The translations under genes and the position numbers were made by a program. A stretch of DNA of 64,000 nucleotides, taken from the NCBI RefSeq assembly GCF_963921235.1, contig NC_086097.1, positions 155,188,001-155,252,000 on the forward strand, written 5' to 3'. This stretch comes from Mobula hypostoma. Taxonomy: Eukaryota. Shown one piece after another: positions 61,481-64,000 of the stretch; positions within the stretch are counted from its first letter, which is position 1; every line of letters begins with the position of its first letter. The notes below the pieces were generated by a model. It saw nothing but the letters and a program-made list of their open reading frames with translations. It made no database searches and was not told the DNA's origin.

Positions 61481-64000
61481 ACTCTGTGCCTCCTCATCAA
61501 TAGGCAAAGCCGGCAGCACACTCTCATGACCACCCTCATCACAAAGGAAATGTTGCTCTGAGGGGTGTCCATAATGAACAATCGACCACCGTGGAATTAC
61601 TGAGCGACCTACTCCACAGTAACATCTGGTATTGTCCGCGGATATTTCTCACAGTGCAAATAGGGCCTTGGCTTGTACAAATTAAGCAAAAACACTTTTC
61701 TCCCAAAACTTCAGCAGTTTCAAAGCGACTGCATTGGCCAACATGTTCAATAACTCTGGAATCGTCCCAGAGCATCCGGGTCTCCAGTGTAGGCTTTCAC
61801 AGATAAAATGGGTGAGGTGTTTTAAGTTCAAGGGAACCCTTAATAAACTCCCTTTTTCCCCTCCAAATGTTCAGCGTAAAGCATGGTTAAAAAAATTAAT
61901 CAAGTCAGACCAGCTTCTTAAAATGAACCCCAACTCAATGCTGGTGCTTGTGAATTACTGTATGTACATTTCCTACAATTGCATATATCGATGAAACAAT
62001 TAGGCCTACACAGCAATGTTCCATTAAATCTCCAAAAAAAAAACACAATTCGACGAGAACAGTCCCAGCTTTTGAGACCGTTCCTTCTCTCCCCCACTCC
62101 ATCTGCTATCACACAACACCCCGCCATACAACCTGGATCCACACATCAGGTACCTGATCTTGCCCCACCACTTTATAATTGTTATCTCACCTCTATCCCT
62201 CATTCCAGCGACACCAATTGTGCATTCCCCTCCACAAATGTTGCCTGATCTGCTGAGTTTTTCCAGCGGTTTGTGTGTTGCTTCAGATTCCAGCATTCAG
62301 TCTCGTTGAAGTGGCAGGTACAGTGAAGGGAAGGATAACGTCATGCAGTTTGGTAGAAGGAATAAAGGCAGAGATTTTCAAAAGGGGAGCAAATTCAGAA
62401 ATTTGAGGTGCAAAGGGACGGAACAGTCCTCATGCAGGATTCCCAATGGAGCAACTTGCAGGTTAAGCCAGTGATATGGACGGGAAATGCAATGTTAACA
62501 TTACTTCGAGAGGTCTCGACTGTAAAATAAAGTGTGTAATGGAAGATTTTATAAAGCATTGGTCAGAACATACTTGCAGTATTGTGAACAGTTTTGGAGC
62601 ACTATCCAAGATAGAATATGATATTGGCACTCGAAAAACTGAGTCACAGGGGAAGGTTGGACAGGCTGATCTTTATTCTTTCCGGTGTCGGAGACTGAGG
62701 GGTGACCTTATGGATGTGTCTAAAATTGTGAGCGGGATAGAGAGTGTATACATCAACAAAGACTATCACAAATTTCTATAGATGTACCGTGCAGAGCATT
62801 CTGATGGATTGCATCACTTTCTAGTATGGAGGGGTCACTGCACAGGATCGGGAAAGTTGCAAACAGTTGTAAACTCAGCTGGCTCCATTCTGGGTATCGA
62901 TCGCCCCAGCATCGAAAACATCTTCAGAATGTGATGCCTCAAAAAGACAGCGTTCATCAAAAAGGACCCCCATCACCCAGGACATACTCTCTTCTGATTG
63001 CTACCATCAAGAGGGGGATACCGGAGCCTGAAGACACATACTCAATACTTCAAGAACAATTTCTCCCGCTCCCCCCACCCCCCACCATTATCAGTTTTCT
63101 GAATGGACAATAAACCGATGAACACTTCTCCAACATTTTCCCTCTCTTTTTGCACTACTTACTTACTTTGATTTTTATTTATTATTGTAATTTATTGTTT
63201 TTTTACAATTATGTATTGCTGCTGCAAAACAACAAATTTCACACAACATATGCCAGTGATATTAAACCTGATTCTGATTTGCACAGACTTTTTCCAGAGC
63301 TGTGGATTCAACAACTAGAGGATGAAAGAAATACAGAAGCTGGAAACCTGAGATTAAAACAGAAAATGCCAGAAACACTCAGTGGGCCAGGCAGCATCTT
63401 TAGGGAAAGAAACAGAGTGACCGTTTCATCCCCGAGGTCGAAGCCCTTCATAAATAGCACCCGTGTTCAGGATTGAACCAGGTTCTCTGACACTCGGCTT
63501 TCTGCCTCAACCAACGTTGGTCACCTGGGGGGTCCATGCTCTACAAGTAACACATAAAATAGCTGAAGATGCGCAGAGAAGCTGCAAGAGTTTTTGTTCT
63601 CCTTTACATTTGTGTACTGGAAATGAAATTTAACAATTTTGAAACTTTAGTCAGAATAGCAAACATTAGGACAGAACACGAAGCACTCAAACAATTACCT
63701 AGGAGTGTATGGGCCCCTTCTACTGCAGAACACATCCCACACTGTCCAATCAGCAGTGCTGTTCACAACCAGTCCGAGAATTACTCTCAAGCCCCCAACT
63801 GCTCTACTTCGAGACCCATCCACTGATATGAAGTGCTGCAGTAAGTAAACCAATACCTTAACACTAGCTGTAAACACCAAAGCAGAACCAATCATCCCTC
63901 TTCATCATTTTTCACGAGTCCCAATCCTGTATTCATCGAACTTTCATGTTCCCACGATTGTATTTCCATACTATAATCAAAGCACCTGCAGAAAGTTCTA

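Noticed and set aside
63698..63836. Exon-like minus-strand segment (HFISVDGSRSRAVGG...)
   Set aside because: Plausible splice dinucleotides but no recognisable protein and its phase-2 donor cannot be tied to any exon here.

Overview
Vertebrate genomic DNA, about half transposon-derived (CR1, Rex1/Babar, L1, Penelope, HERO-like, Tc1, Gypsy). The repeat mix suggests a cartilaginous fish such as a ray (inference). One multi-exon gene occupies the minus strand from about 56.9 kb to 6.1 kb: a divergent phosphoinositide phospholipase C delta (PLCD1-like; PH, EF-hands, X/Y TIM barrel, C2). I assembled 14 core exons by hand (42274 to 6077); all have GT-AG boundaries, matching phases and no stop. Unusual points: (1) the catalytic Ca2+ site is altered (E390->R, D343->E, S388->F, PLCdelta1 numbering from memory) while both catalytic His and the inositol-phosphate-binding residues are kept; (2) a phase-compatible 1.8-kb candidate first exon encodes a signal-anchor-like N-terminus and three near-identical 136-aa acidic repeats, with an in-frame TAG at codon 34; (3) an inverted, partly pseudogenised copy of exons 8-9 lies just past the 3' end; (4) intron 3 has a U12-type donor and contains a hairpin minisatellite. 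Intron 1 holds nested LINEs including a full-length L1 with a 13-bp TSD. All calls are by eye; no database searches were run.
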